Positions 6,394 through 15,162 are shown, counted from the first letter of the stretch. The stretch is DNA of 21,091 nucleotides from Candidatus Eiseniibacteriota bacterium (GCA_031366795.1 JANLOX010000143.1:1-21091); one strand, 5' to 3'. Notes: generated by a model from the letters alone, not told the origin. Made by a program: numbers and translations.

Positions 6394-9147
6394 TCAGCGG
6401 ATGGTGGCAATCCGCTTCACGACGCTGCGATCTAGTGCAGAAAGCCGGACGAAGTACAGCCCGACCGGAAGTGCTCGCCCTGCATCGGTCCCATCCCAGG
6501 CGACTAGGTAGCGGCCAGCGGGTTGGATCGCGTCCACCAGAGTCGCGACAACGCGGCCCGCGACATCCTCCACCCCGAGGCGTACACGGCCCGTGCGCGC
6601 AACGGCATACTGGACTTCCGTTCTCCCGCGGGTCGGATTGGGGGCAAGCCGCGTCAGACTGGTTTCGCTGACCGATGTGCGACCGGCCGCAATCACTGGA
6701 CCGAACATTTCGACGGAACCGTCGACAAGTCTTACCTCGAGCCGGTAATAGCAGGTTACTCCCGGCACCGCCGTCGGGTCGATCGCCGTGGTCACTAGTC
6801 CGTCGCTGCGCAGCTCGACATTGACAGGGGACCATGGCCCGGTTTCATTGCTGGCCCGCTCGAGTGCGGTTGAGGAAACCTCCGCCGGATTTCCGAAACT
6901 CCATCGAATTTCAAAATCATTTCCACGCTGATTCACCTCGAACCGGGCCAAGCTGGTGGCCGTGGTTGCGCCTGAACCGCTGATCAACACCGACACCGTA
7001 TTCGAACTCGAATTCGCCACGACAAGATCGCCCTTACCATCACCATTCAGGTCGCCCGCCGCCACCGAGACGGGGTCACCCCCGCTACCGTAGTCGATCC
7101 TGTCCCCGAAGTTGCCGAAGCCCTGGCCCAGCAGGACCGAGACCGTGTTGGCGTCCGCGTTCGTCACAGCCAAGTCAGGCTTCCTGTCATCGTTCAGGTC
7201 GCCAATCGCTACCGAAGTGGGCCCCGACCCTACGGCAAAATTCCGGCCCTCAAAACTGCCATCGCCATAGTTAAACAGCACCGACACATCGTTTGATCCG
7301 TTGTTCGTAACAGCCAGATCAAGCTTGCCATCACCATTTAGGTCGCCTATCGCAACCGAATGTGCGTTTTGCCCCGTCAGGTAGTCAGAGAACAGAATGA
7401 AGTTGCCACCACCGATGCCGCCCAGAACGGATACGGCGCCAGCGTAGTGGCTAGGCACCGCCAGATCAGGCACCCCGTCGCCGGTCAGATCACCGATGGC
7501 CAACGCGCCGAAAATGGCGCCCGTTGGGACGTCTGGCCTTGCGCTGAACCCCCCACTGCCGTTGCCGATCAACACGGCGACCGCATTCGACTTCCCGACT
7601 GCGAGGTCGAGCTTCCCGTCCCCGTTCAGGTCGCCAACGGCCACAAAATGCGGAGCACCTCCGGTCCCAAAGTCAGCCTTCGGGGCAAAACTTCCATCTC
7701 CATTGCCAAGCTGAACCGAGACGGAGCTTGAGGATTGGGTTGTGATCACGAGGTCGGCCTTGCCGTCACCGTTGAAATCGCCAATCGCCGCGGAATGGGG
7801 ACCGGTTCCCGTGCCGACGTCGGTCTTGACGGCGAAGCCTCCGCCGCCGTTCCCGAGCATCACCGAGATCGTGTTCGAGCCGTAGTTTGCCGTTGCGAGA
7901 TCGAGAATGCGATCGCCATTCAAATCTCCCAACGCAACGCAAACTGGCTGGTTCCCAGTGGCGTAGCCAGCGGCGCTTTGCCCAAAGCTCCCGTCGCCGT
8001 TGCCAAGCAACACAGAGACCGTCTTCGACCTGGCGTTCAGGGCCGCGATGTCGGGCCTATGGTCACCGTTGAGATCAACGATCGCTACCGGCTGCGGTGC
8101 GATTCCCGCACTGAACTCTGACTCCGACCCGAATGTCCCGTCGCCACGGCCTAGCAGTACCGAGATCTCATCGAGGGTGTTACCTACCGTGAGGTCTGCA
8201 TTGCCATCGCCGTTTACATCACCCACTACAACGGAATTGGGATAATATCCCGTGCCGAATAACGTCCCGGCTCCGAAACTCCCATCGCCAATTCCAAGCA
8301 GAACCGAAACACTGTTGGCGTAGAAGTTCGCCACCATAAGATCGGGCTTGCCGTCACGATTCATGTCCCCGAGAGCGACACTCGTAGACGAGACTCCTGT
8401 TGAACTGTTTGGCTTGAGGATGAATGCGCCGTTGCCCTCATTCAGGAACACAGCAACCCCGTAAGTCCGATCAAACGGGGCAGAAATCGTGGCCACCAGA
8501 TCAGGCTTGCCGTCACCATTCAAGTCTGTGATTGCCACGGATTCTGGAGAAGTGTTCAGGCCCGTACTCAGAGTGCTCCTATGCTGAAAACTTCCGTCCC
8601 CGCTTCCGAGCAACAGCGATAGCGTTTGCCCGGAGGCGTTCTGCGTCACGATATCCAGCTTGCCATCGCCGTTCATGTCACCGATTGCCACCGCTCTGGG
8701 GGCGTTGCCCGCATCGAAGTCCGTACTCGCGCCGAAGCTTCCGTCGCCGCGGCCGAGCAGGACCGACACGGTGGTCGAGTCGTTCGCCGTCACCAAGTCG
8801 GGCTTCCCATCGCCGTTCAGATCCCCGATTGCAACATGATTGGGATGGCGGCCTGTGACGAACTCGGTCGCGGCGCCGAACGTCCCGTCGCCTCTTCCAA
8901 GCAGCACCGTAACCGTGCTGGCGCTGGAGCTGGCCGTAACCCAGTCGGGCGCGCCATCACCGTTCAAGTCGCCGACCGCCGCGGAACTAGGAGACTTGCC
9001 CGCCGCCAAAGATAAGAATGGGGCCGCGAAAAGCGGGGCCGCGATTACTGGCGCAACGGATGCAGCAGTGCCGATGGCCAGCAGTAGTCCCAAGAAGATT
9101 CGGACACGGCAGAGTGTTCTGGCCTTCAAAATGGCGGCCTCGCGCAT
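6394..9147 (-). CDS. Secreted FG-GAP/VCBS repeat protein (14 repeats) with C-terminal FlgD-Ig/CTD-like domain
   Basis: Hydrophobic signal region IFLGLLLAIGTAASVAPVIA, 14 counted D-x-N-G-D-G-x-x-D type repeats, and CTD PNPTRG..DVAGRVVATL..WDG..GLYFVRL. Start is uncertain (9147 or 9171). Confidence 0.92.
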   Translation of the reverse strand: MREAAILKARTLCRVRIFLGLLLAIGTAASVAPVIAAPLFAAPFLSLAAGKSPSSAAVGDLNGDGAPDWVTASSSASTVTVLLGRGDGTFGAATEFVTGRHPNHVAIGDLNGDGKPDLVTANDSTTVSVLLGRGDGSFGASTDFDAGNAPRAVAIGDMNGDGKLDIVTQNASGQTLSLLLGSGDGSFQHRSTLSTGLNTSPESVAITDLNGDGKPDLVATISAPFDRTYGVAVFLNEGNGAFILKPNSSTGVSSTSVALGDMNRDGKPDLMVANFYANSVSVLLGIGDGSFGAGTLFGTGYYPNSVVVGDVNGDGNADLTVGNTLDEISVLLGRGDGTFGSESEFSAGIAPQPVAIVDLNGDHRPDIAALNARSKTVSVLLGNGDGSFGQSAAGYATGNQPVCVALGDLNGDRILDLATANYGSNTISVMLGNGGGGFAVKTDVGTGTGPHSAAIGDFNGDGKADLVITTQSSSSVSVQLGNGDGSFAPKADFGTGGAPHFVAVGDLNGDGKLDLAVGKSNAVAVLIGNGSGGFSARPDVPTGAIFGALAIGDLTGDGVPDLAVPSHYAGAVSVLGGIGGGNFILFSDYLTGQNAHSVAIGDLNGDGKLDLAVTNNGSNDVSVLFNYGDGSFEGRNFAVGSGPTSVAIGDLNDDRKPDLAVTNADANTVSVLLGQGFGNFGDRIDYGSGGDPVSVAAGDLNGDGKGDLVVANSSSNTVSVLISGSGATTATSLARFEVNQRGNDFEIRWSFGNPAEVSSTALERASNETGPWSPVNVELRSDGLVTTAIDPTAVPGVTCYYRLEVRLVDGSVEMFGPVIAAGRTSVSETSLTRLAPNPTRGRTEVQYAVARTGRVRLGVEDVAGRVVATLVDAIQPAGRYLVAWDGTDAGRALPVGLYFVRLSALDRSVVKRIATIR

Positions 9148-9173
9148 GGTGACAGTGCACCCATGAAACAAGT

Positions 9174-9199
9174 TTGCGCTCGTGCCGCACGGGGCGCAA
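9174..9199 (-). terminator. Possible terminator hairpin after the dehydrogenase/hydratase gene
   Basis: Minus strand TTGCGC-cc-CGTG-cgg-CACG-a-GCGCAA followed by ACTTGTTT. Confidence 0.3.
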
Positions 9200-9234
9200 G
9201 GGGATGTCGGCTGTGCGCCGCGGTCCGCCGCCCG

Positions 9235-11373
9235 TTACCCCTTCATCACCCTCGCCCACTCCGCCCCAACTCGTCCCTCACGACACGCCTTCGAGTTCAG
9301 GAACTCCGCCGCCAGCAGCGCCTGCAGCGTGAGCGCCTCGTCGGCCGGCAGCTCGCACGACTCGGCGATGCATTGCGCGATCGCCTTGCGTCCTGCTTCC
9401 GTCGCGGGCGTGTCGGCGGCAGCCACACTCGCGACCGTCACCGGTACGCCTTCCAGCGCCGCAGTCTCCAGCGCGCGCTTCGCAGGCCCACCTTCGCCGG
9501 TCGCCAACGCCCAGGCCATCGCGATCGCTTCGTTCAGTGGCGCGGCGCCGTCGATCAGCCAACCCGCAGCATCCTTGGCGCGCACGGGCTCGCCCGACAT
9601 CAGCATGTGCGTAATGCGTCCCCACTGTTCGCGCGGGGCGCGTCGGTAGGGCCAGTGGCAGGCTTCCATTCCGGGCACGACGGGGAGCGTGACTTCGGGC
9701 CAGCCGAAGCGCACGTCGTCCGCGGCGACGACGTAGTGGCAGTGCATCACAAGCTCGAGCATGCCGCCGAGGCAGCGCTTACCGTGCACGAACGCGACGG
9801 AGACTTCGAAGTCGTCCCACAGGCGGCGCGCGGTCTTGGTCCAGCCGTTGGTGATGGCGAGGCCGGGTTCGAGCTTCTCGAGTGCCGGGAAGAAGTCGGC
9901 GGTGTCAGCGCCGACCATCTGCGTGGACAGGTGGAAGTCGCCGCTCACGATGACGCGACCAATGCCAGCTGCCTTAAGCCAATCGAGCGCGCGGTTCATC
10001 TCGTGATCGACGTCCCAGTTGTAGCTCTCGCGCGAAATCGTCACCACACCGACTTCACCGTCATGCTCGGCGTTCACGTAGAGTTGCTGCCAATCAGGCG
10101 ACTCCATCGCTTCAAGGGCTTCCGGGTGCCACGCGCGCAGCGCGGCGGCGGGATGCAGCTTGTGATAGGCCTCGACGGTGTGCACGACGTTCTTGGCACC
10201 CTCGGCGCGCATCATCGCGAGTGCGCCGTGGCGGAACTGGGCGCATAGTTCGCCGATCGCGTTCAGGTGCGCGAGGTGGCCGCGCTTCTCGTGCAGCATG
10301 AGGCAGGTCATCTGGTAGATGGGCCCCAGGATGCGCGTGCGAAACTCTTCCTGCTCCTCGGCATTCAGGTGCCAATCGACGAGCGGGCGGAAGTGATCGG
10401 GCGGGTACCACGCTTGGCCCGTCTCCTTGCGCTCGGTGAGTTCGGGCGTGGGCGTGAACAGCTCCCCGTACGCTTCACTCAGGTGATGCAGGCACGACCA
10501 CGTGAGGAAGTCTGCGCCTTTAGCACCGATGGCATCGTGCGCGCGGAAGGGATTCGGGCCAACGAGCCGTCGCACGAGCTTGTCGATCTTCCAGAACGGC
10601 ATGTTGGTCGCGCGGTGCACGCCGAGACCGGCATGCGTGACGCCGCAGAACAACACGTCGAGCACGAACGACCAATCGTCGCTGACGGGCACGGGGACAA
10701 GGCCGAGCGCCCACAGCAGCTGCGTGACGGCGGACGGTTCGGCGTCGACGGTCTCCCAGATCTTATTGATCTCGTGCGGGAACGCGGGGTGCGCGATGCC
10801 GACGCCGAGTTCCTTGCTCGGGAACCCGGAGGTGACGGAGCGGATCTCGATGCCGGGGAACGTTTCGCGGAACACGCGGTAGTGCTCGCGCTTCACCTCG
10901 AGGATCTCGGGGATCGCCTCGAGCAGGAAGCGGGGTTTAAGCGCCTTGAGCTCGGCGGGCAGCGTCTTGCCGTCGTAGCTCAGCCGCACGATGTTGCCCA
11001 TGATGCGCGCGGCTCCGGCGGCGCCGAAGGCCTGCACAAGCCCGGGATACTGGCGGCCCAGGCCATCGGGCGCGCCGGGGAAATCGAGCGCAACAGTGCG
11101 CACGCCGTACGGCTCCAGCCGCGAGCCCAACTGCATCGTCTTCCCCGCGCCGACGATGCCGCTGGCGCCGCTGATCACGAGCGAACCGCGATCATTCGTC
11201 GGGCCGAACACGCGATCGACGAGCGTCGCGACATCCACCGGCAAGACGCCGCGCTTGAAGATGTCGAGCACACTGCCCAGGCCGAGCGTTTCGAGCGTCG
11301 GCTGGCGCATCACGCTGGCGGTCAACGTTGCGTTGCTGCTCGCGGCTCCGGCGCGTCCACTGGTCTTGCTCAC
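9235..11373 (-). CDS. 3-hydroxyacyl-CoA dehydrogenase / enoyl-CoA hydratase fusion (dehydrogenase N-terminal, crotonase C-terminal)
   Basis: Rossmann-like ISGASGIVGAG, LEAIPEILEVK, SVTSGF and HPAFPH; crotonase motifs CLGGMLEL and FGWPEVTLPVVPG. GTG 11373 overlaps the thiolase stop (GTGA) and has SD AAGGAGG; an alternative ATG is at 11310. Confidence 0.85.
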   Translation of the reverse strand: MSKTSGRAGAASSNATLTASVMRQPTLETLGLGSVLDIFKRGVLPVDVATLVDRVFGPTNDRGSLVISGASGIVGAGKTMQLGSRLEPYGVRTVALDFPGAPDGLGRQYPGLVQAFGAAGAARIMGNIVRLSYDGKTLPAELKALKPRFLLEAIPEILEVKREHYRVFRETFPGIEIRSVTSGFPSKELGVGIAHPAFPHEINKIWETVDAEPSAVTQLLWALGLVPVPVSDDWSFVLDVLFCGVTHAGLGVHRATNMPFWKIDKLVRRLVGPNPFRAHDAIGAKGADFLTWSCLHHLSEAYGELFTPTPELTERKETGQAWYPPDHFRPLVDWHLNAEEQEEFRTRILGPIYQMTCLMLHEKRGHLAHLNAIGELCAQFRHGALAMMRAEGAKNVVHTVEAYHKLHPAAALRAWHPEALEAMESPDWQQLYVNAEHDGEVGVVTISRESYNWDVDHEMNRALDWLKAAGIGRVIVSGDFHLSTQMVGADTADFFPALEKLEPGLAITNGWTKTARRLWDDFEVSVAFVHGKRCLGGMLELVMHCHYVVAADDVRFGWPEVTLPVVPGMEACHWPYRRAPREQWGRITHMLMSGEPVRAKDAAGWLIDGAAPLNEAIAMAWALATGEGGPAKRALETAALEGVPVTVASVAAADTPATEAGRKAIAQCIAESCELPADEALTLQALLAAEFLNSKACREGRVGAEWARVMKG

Positions 11374-12581
11374 GAGCGGCCTCCTTCCGACACCTTGAAT
11401 AGCGATGCGATGCCGACGTCTCCCGCCGCGCAGCCAAACACCAGCACGTAGCCGCCACCCAGCGTCACGGCTTCCTCGAGTGCTTCGATCAACACGCGTG
11501 TCAGCGTGGGTCCCTGCGGATGCCCCCACACCAGCGAGCAGCCGGTGCGGTTGAGCTTGCGCCAGTCGTACCCGAGCACCTTGGTGAACACGACGTCGTT
11601 GACGGCGAAGGGATTGTGGTTCTTGGCGACCGCGATGTCGTCCATCGTGAGCCCGGTGCGCTTGAGCAACTGCTGCACCGCCATCGCGGGGGCTTCGGGC
11701 ATCATGCTCGGCTGCATACGCGTCTCGCACTTGGCGATGAACTGGATGTCGATGTCGGGGCGAGTGCTCAGCTCGCGCGCCTTCTCCTTGCGCGCGACAA
11801 GCAGCGTGGCCATGCCGTCGGACGCGTGCGTCTGTGTGCCGCTGGTGACGCAGGTGTCGAGCTCGCGCTGCGCGTGCAGCGTACCGAGGGCAACCTCGCG
11901 CACGCCAAGGTCGTCATCGATGCGCCCGAGTGGCTTTCCGCCGACATTGAGCAACTCGAGCGGCACCAGCACGCGATCGAGCAGGCCGGAGCGCTTCGCC
12001 TCGAAGTACTGCTGGTGGCGCACATAGGCGACTTCATCGACTTCGCGGCGGTCTAGCTTGTACTTGCGCGCCGTGATGCCGGCCGCGGTGATCATGGCGT
12101 TGCCGGTCGCGGGATCGAAGCCGAAGTTGTCCCACACATCGGCGATCGCCTGCGTGCGCTGGTGCGCGCGGCGTTCGGGAAACACGCCGACCGGCGAGTC
12201 ACTCGTGCGATCGAACGTCAGCACTCCGACGACGTCCTTGCCGCCCATCTGCACTTCGGCGCCGCCGAGCATCACCGCCTGCAATCCGGTCGCGCAAGCC
12301 TGCTCGACGTGATAGCCCGGCAGCCGCTGCCCCATGCAGCTCGCCACCATCGGCGCGGTCCAGAACTTCCAGTGCCACGGAATCGTCGAGCCGATCACCA
12401 GGTAGTCGAGCTGGCTCGTCGGCACCTTGCGCAGGCTCATGATGCGGCCCATCGCTTCGCCCGCGAACTGCCCGATGTTCACTTCGGCGAGCGCACTCGT
12501 CTGCCACGCCGGAAAGAAACTGCTGCCCCACGTGCCATACGGAATACGCGCATCGGGGAGCATGCTGGGGACGGTTTTCAT
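11370..12581 (-). CDS. Thiolase family protein with atypical fingerprint motifs
   Basis: 403 aa. Nucleophile EQACATG, TSGTQTHASDG, NHNPFAVND, WGHPQGPT and FGCAAGD occur at the positions of the thiolase CxS, NEAF, GHP and CxG motifs. Confidence 0.9.
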   Translation of the reverse strand: MKTVPSMLPDARIPYGTWGSSFFPAWQTSALAEVNIGQFAGEAMGRIMSLRKVPTSQLDYLVIGSTIPWHWKFWTAPMVASCMGQRLPGYHVEQACATGLQAVMLGGAEVQMGGKDVVGVLTFDRTSDSPVGVFPERRAHQRTQAIADVWDNFGFDPATGNAMITAAGITARKYKLDRREVDEVAYVRHQQYFEAKRSGLLDRVLVPLELLNVGGKPLGRIDDDLGVREVALGTLHAQRELDTCVTSGTQTHASDGMATLLVARKEKARELSTRPDIDIQFIAKCETRMQPSMMPEAPAMAVQQLLKRTGLTMDDIAVAKNHNPFAVNDVVFTKVLGYDWRKLNRTGCSLVWGHPQGPTLTRVLIEALEEAVTLGGGYVLVFGCAAGDVGIASLFKVSEGGRS

Positions 12582-12739
12582 GGAGTGCTCCGGGTGCTAT
12601 GGGTGTATCAGTCTTGTGACGGGTATCGTAGAGGGAAGGGATTGGGCGGCGCCCGGGCGTCTTCGCCAGGCTGCGTCGCACAGGTCGAAGATCCCCCATT
12701 CATACCACCCGCTTCAAGCGGGCGGAACGGGAGGCTGGA

Positions 12740-14764
12740 TTGGCGCAGACGGGCAGCACCAAGGAGCGCATTGAGCGCGCGGATCGCCTGCGTTGCGGAC
12801 CCCTCCACCCAGCGTCAATCCTGTGCGCAGCGCTCCTCTGGCTGATGTGCCGCGTTGCGTTCGCCGCGCCCGCTGCGCCCGCCGACCCGACCGCGATGGC
12901 GCTCTCCGCCGACTCCATTCGGGTGGTTGTCACCCGGACACCCTGCTCGCCCGCCATTACGACCTTCGCGCGGTCGCTTGAATCGGTCGATGGCATCCGC
13001 GCGGACGCTCCCAACGACGGGTTGTCGCGCGCAATCGTGCGCGGGATGCGCGGCTCCAAAGTGGCGATCGTCGATGCGGGGCTGCCGGTCTCCTCGATCC
13101 CGCTCGACGCATTCGACGGCATCGCTATCGATCCCGAGCGCGCAGCTTGGATCGGCTGGCTGCACGGCCCCGCCAGCCTGCGATACGGCGGCGACGCGCT
13201 CACGGGAGTGCTGCGCATCGAGCCGCGCGAGACGCCGCCCACGGCGGGACGGTTCGACTTGGGCGGTATGGCAATCAGCGGGACGCCTTAGGAAGCGCGG
13301 GTCTCGAGCCGTGTCAATGCGCTCGGCGCCACGGGCCCGTGGCGATGGAACGCGGCGGTCAGTCCGCGCTATGGCAGCGAGGGGAGCAATTTCGGTCCCA
13401 ACATCTCCGCGCTTGAGGTCGGGAGCCTCAGTGGCGACGCCGTAGTTCGCCGCGCGCTTCGCAATGGCGAGCTGGGGTTGCGCTACGTGCTCGACGCAGG
13501 CGTCTACAAGTCATTGTATGTCGATGCATACTACAGCGGCGCCAATTACCTGCGGAGACGGATCCGTGACCATCGCGTCCAGTTCGAGGCACGCACGGCG
13601 CGCGCGGGAACAGACTACGAGCTCAAGTCGCAATGGCAGCACCGTGATCTTGCCGCCACAACGAGTAACGCGCAGCTGCGTGTCTTTACAGGCACCCCGA
13701 ATCCGGACGGCACACAGTTGCTCGACACTGCGCTCGATGGCGGCACCTCCGAACTGGTCGCCTCGCACCGCATCGGTCGGGACCGCCTGCGCACGGGGAT
13801 CTCGAGCACTCTTCAGCACATCGTGGACACAAGCGTGCGCCCCGTCCTCCCCGATACGCGGACCACTTCCGGCGCGGCGTTCGGAATCGCCGACGCACGT
13901 CGCGGAGCATTGGCACTGTCGAGTGCTGTGCGCATCGATGCGGTGCGATACAGCGCGAACTTCGCGTCCACCGGCGGTCACGTGCAGCGGAATTTTCGTG
14001 GTGTCTCAGGTTCCGTTCGCGCCGCGGTCGACATGCCCCGCGATGTAACGTTGTCGCTCGAGGGCGCGCGTTCATGGCGGCCACCGGGAGTCGCGGAGTT
14101 GTTCGCGACCTCGCTCGCCCCGACCAACAGCCGCTACTTGACCGGCGACACCGGGCTTCGGGCTGAACAGGGCTTCGGCGTGGAGGGCGGCGCGGAATGG
14201 AATGCATCGCGTGCACAGCTCGCGGCCCATGCCTACACGCGTCGCGTGGACCATTGGATCGGCATCGATCCGGGCGGCCTCTCATATGCTGGACTGCTCG
14301 TTCCGCGCTACTCATCCAGCGACGCCGATCTGTTGGGCGCAGAGGCGAGCGCCACGCTCCAGGTCGTGAACGCGTTGAAGCTCGAAGGCCACTTCGAGCT
14401 CGCGCGCGGTTATTACGCGAACACCCCTGCCCCGTTACCGCTGATGCTTCCGCCGCGCTGGAGGCTCGCCACGGAATTGAGCCATCCCAACCAGCGGGAT
14501 CACACGATCATCACGCTACGTGTCGAGGCCGACGGGACGGAGCGGCTCTCCCGGCCCGGTCTCGGCGAGTACGAAGTTCCAGCCTTCGTGCTGGTCCACG
14601 CCGGTATGGTCATCGAGCGGCCAGGGACATCGGGCACGCACCGGCTCAGCATCGCTGTGCGCAACGTGGCCAATACGTATTATTCGATCTACCCGAGCTA
14701 CTACCCGTTGCGCGCCGACGGCGCGGAACGCAGCTTCGAGGTGCGCTTCTCGTTCGATCGCTGA
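12740..14764 (+). pseudogene. TonB-dependent receptor interrupted by one in-frame TAG (13289-13291)
   Basis: ORFs 12740-13291 and 13478-14764 share a frame and the gap between them has no stop. Plug motifs IVRGM and HGPASLRYGGDALTGV; barrel motifs RPPGVAELF, GDTGLRAE, PLPLMLP and VRNVANTYY; terminal VRFSF. SD GGGAGG precedes TTG 12740. Confidence 0.8.
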
Positions 14765-14785
14765 CCAGGTGTCCGCGCGGACTGT

Positions 14786-14847
14786 AGTGTTAACCTCCCT
14801 CAACAGTACTCGTCCCAGGACGAGTCATGTTGAGTTAACTCAACACT
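14786..14847. promoter_or_regulatory. Nested inverted repeat carrying two 18-bp operator-like boxes
   Basis: Box A TGTTAACCTCCCTCAACA (14788-14805), hairpin ACTCGTC-ccag-GACGAGT (14808-14825), and box B, the perfect palindrome TGTTGAGTTAACTCAACA (14828-14845). Box A matches the box at 18263-18280 at 14 of 18 positions. Confidence 0.65.
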
Positions 14848-14940
14848 GTATGCCCCGACGCATGTTGACGCTGTGCCCGGCCCCGAACGAAATGCGCGAC
14901 CCCATGCTCTCGTTCGCCGACGGCTCGCACTTCCACCGCC

Positions 14941-15162
14941 CTACTTCCGCGGCGAGCCCAATCCGTCGATGGTGACGAGCCCATTGCCCTCAGGAACCGC
15001 AGCGGCGACCGCCGCCTTCGCCGTCCCCTCCGCCACCGGGCAGCCATCGCACGTGCAGGTGCCGCGCTTGCGGCGGCGCATGTTGCGGCGCACGAGCCAG
15101 CCGAGTGCGGCGAGTGCCAGCAGCGCCACGATGGCGTCCTGGATGCCGAAGGCGCCGCTCAT
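14941..15162 (-). CDS. Small FeoB-associated Cys-rich membrane protein
   Basis: 73 aa, ATGA-coupled to the feoB stop. One TM helix, a basic patch RRNMRRRKR and a CTCDGC motif. Confidence 0.85.
   Translation of the reverse strand: MSGAFGIQDAIVALLALAALGWLVRRNMRRRKRGTCTCDGCPVAEGTAKAAVAAAVPEGNGLVTIDGLGSPRK

Noticed and set aside
6281..6835. N-terminal extension of the 577-aa ORF
   Set aside because: It overlaps the FG-GAP gene in another frame. A signal peptide and SD mark the start at 6280.
6394..9147. Diversity-generating retroelement target or toxin in the repeat protein
   Set aside because: No near-identical template/variable repeat pair with adenine-specific differences, no intact RT and no toxin domain was seen.
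11374..11730. N-terminal extension of the 831-aa ORF
   Set aside because: It lies inside the thiolase gene. A strong SD and GTGA coupling mark the start at 11373.
13289..13291. Genome-wide TAG reassignment or pyrrolysine
   Set aside because: TAG ends other genes at natural C-termini (1689-1691, 5102-5104, 14941-14943). No pyl genes or convincing downstream recoding hairpin were seen.
14781..14850. Integron attC site
   Set aside because: It lacks the RYYYAAC...GTTRRRY outer ends in the right order and the extrahelical bases, and there is no cassette array or integrase.
14827..14975. Small + strand ORFs after the operator boxes (MLS* at 14827; 41 aa from 14850)
   Set aside because: They have no recognisable features, and the longer one overlaps the Cys-rich gene on the opposite strand. 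They cannot be supported without Ribo-seq.
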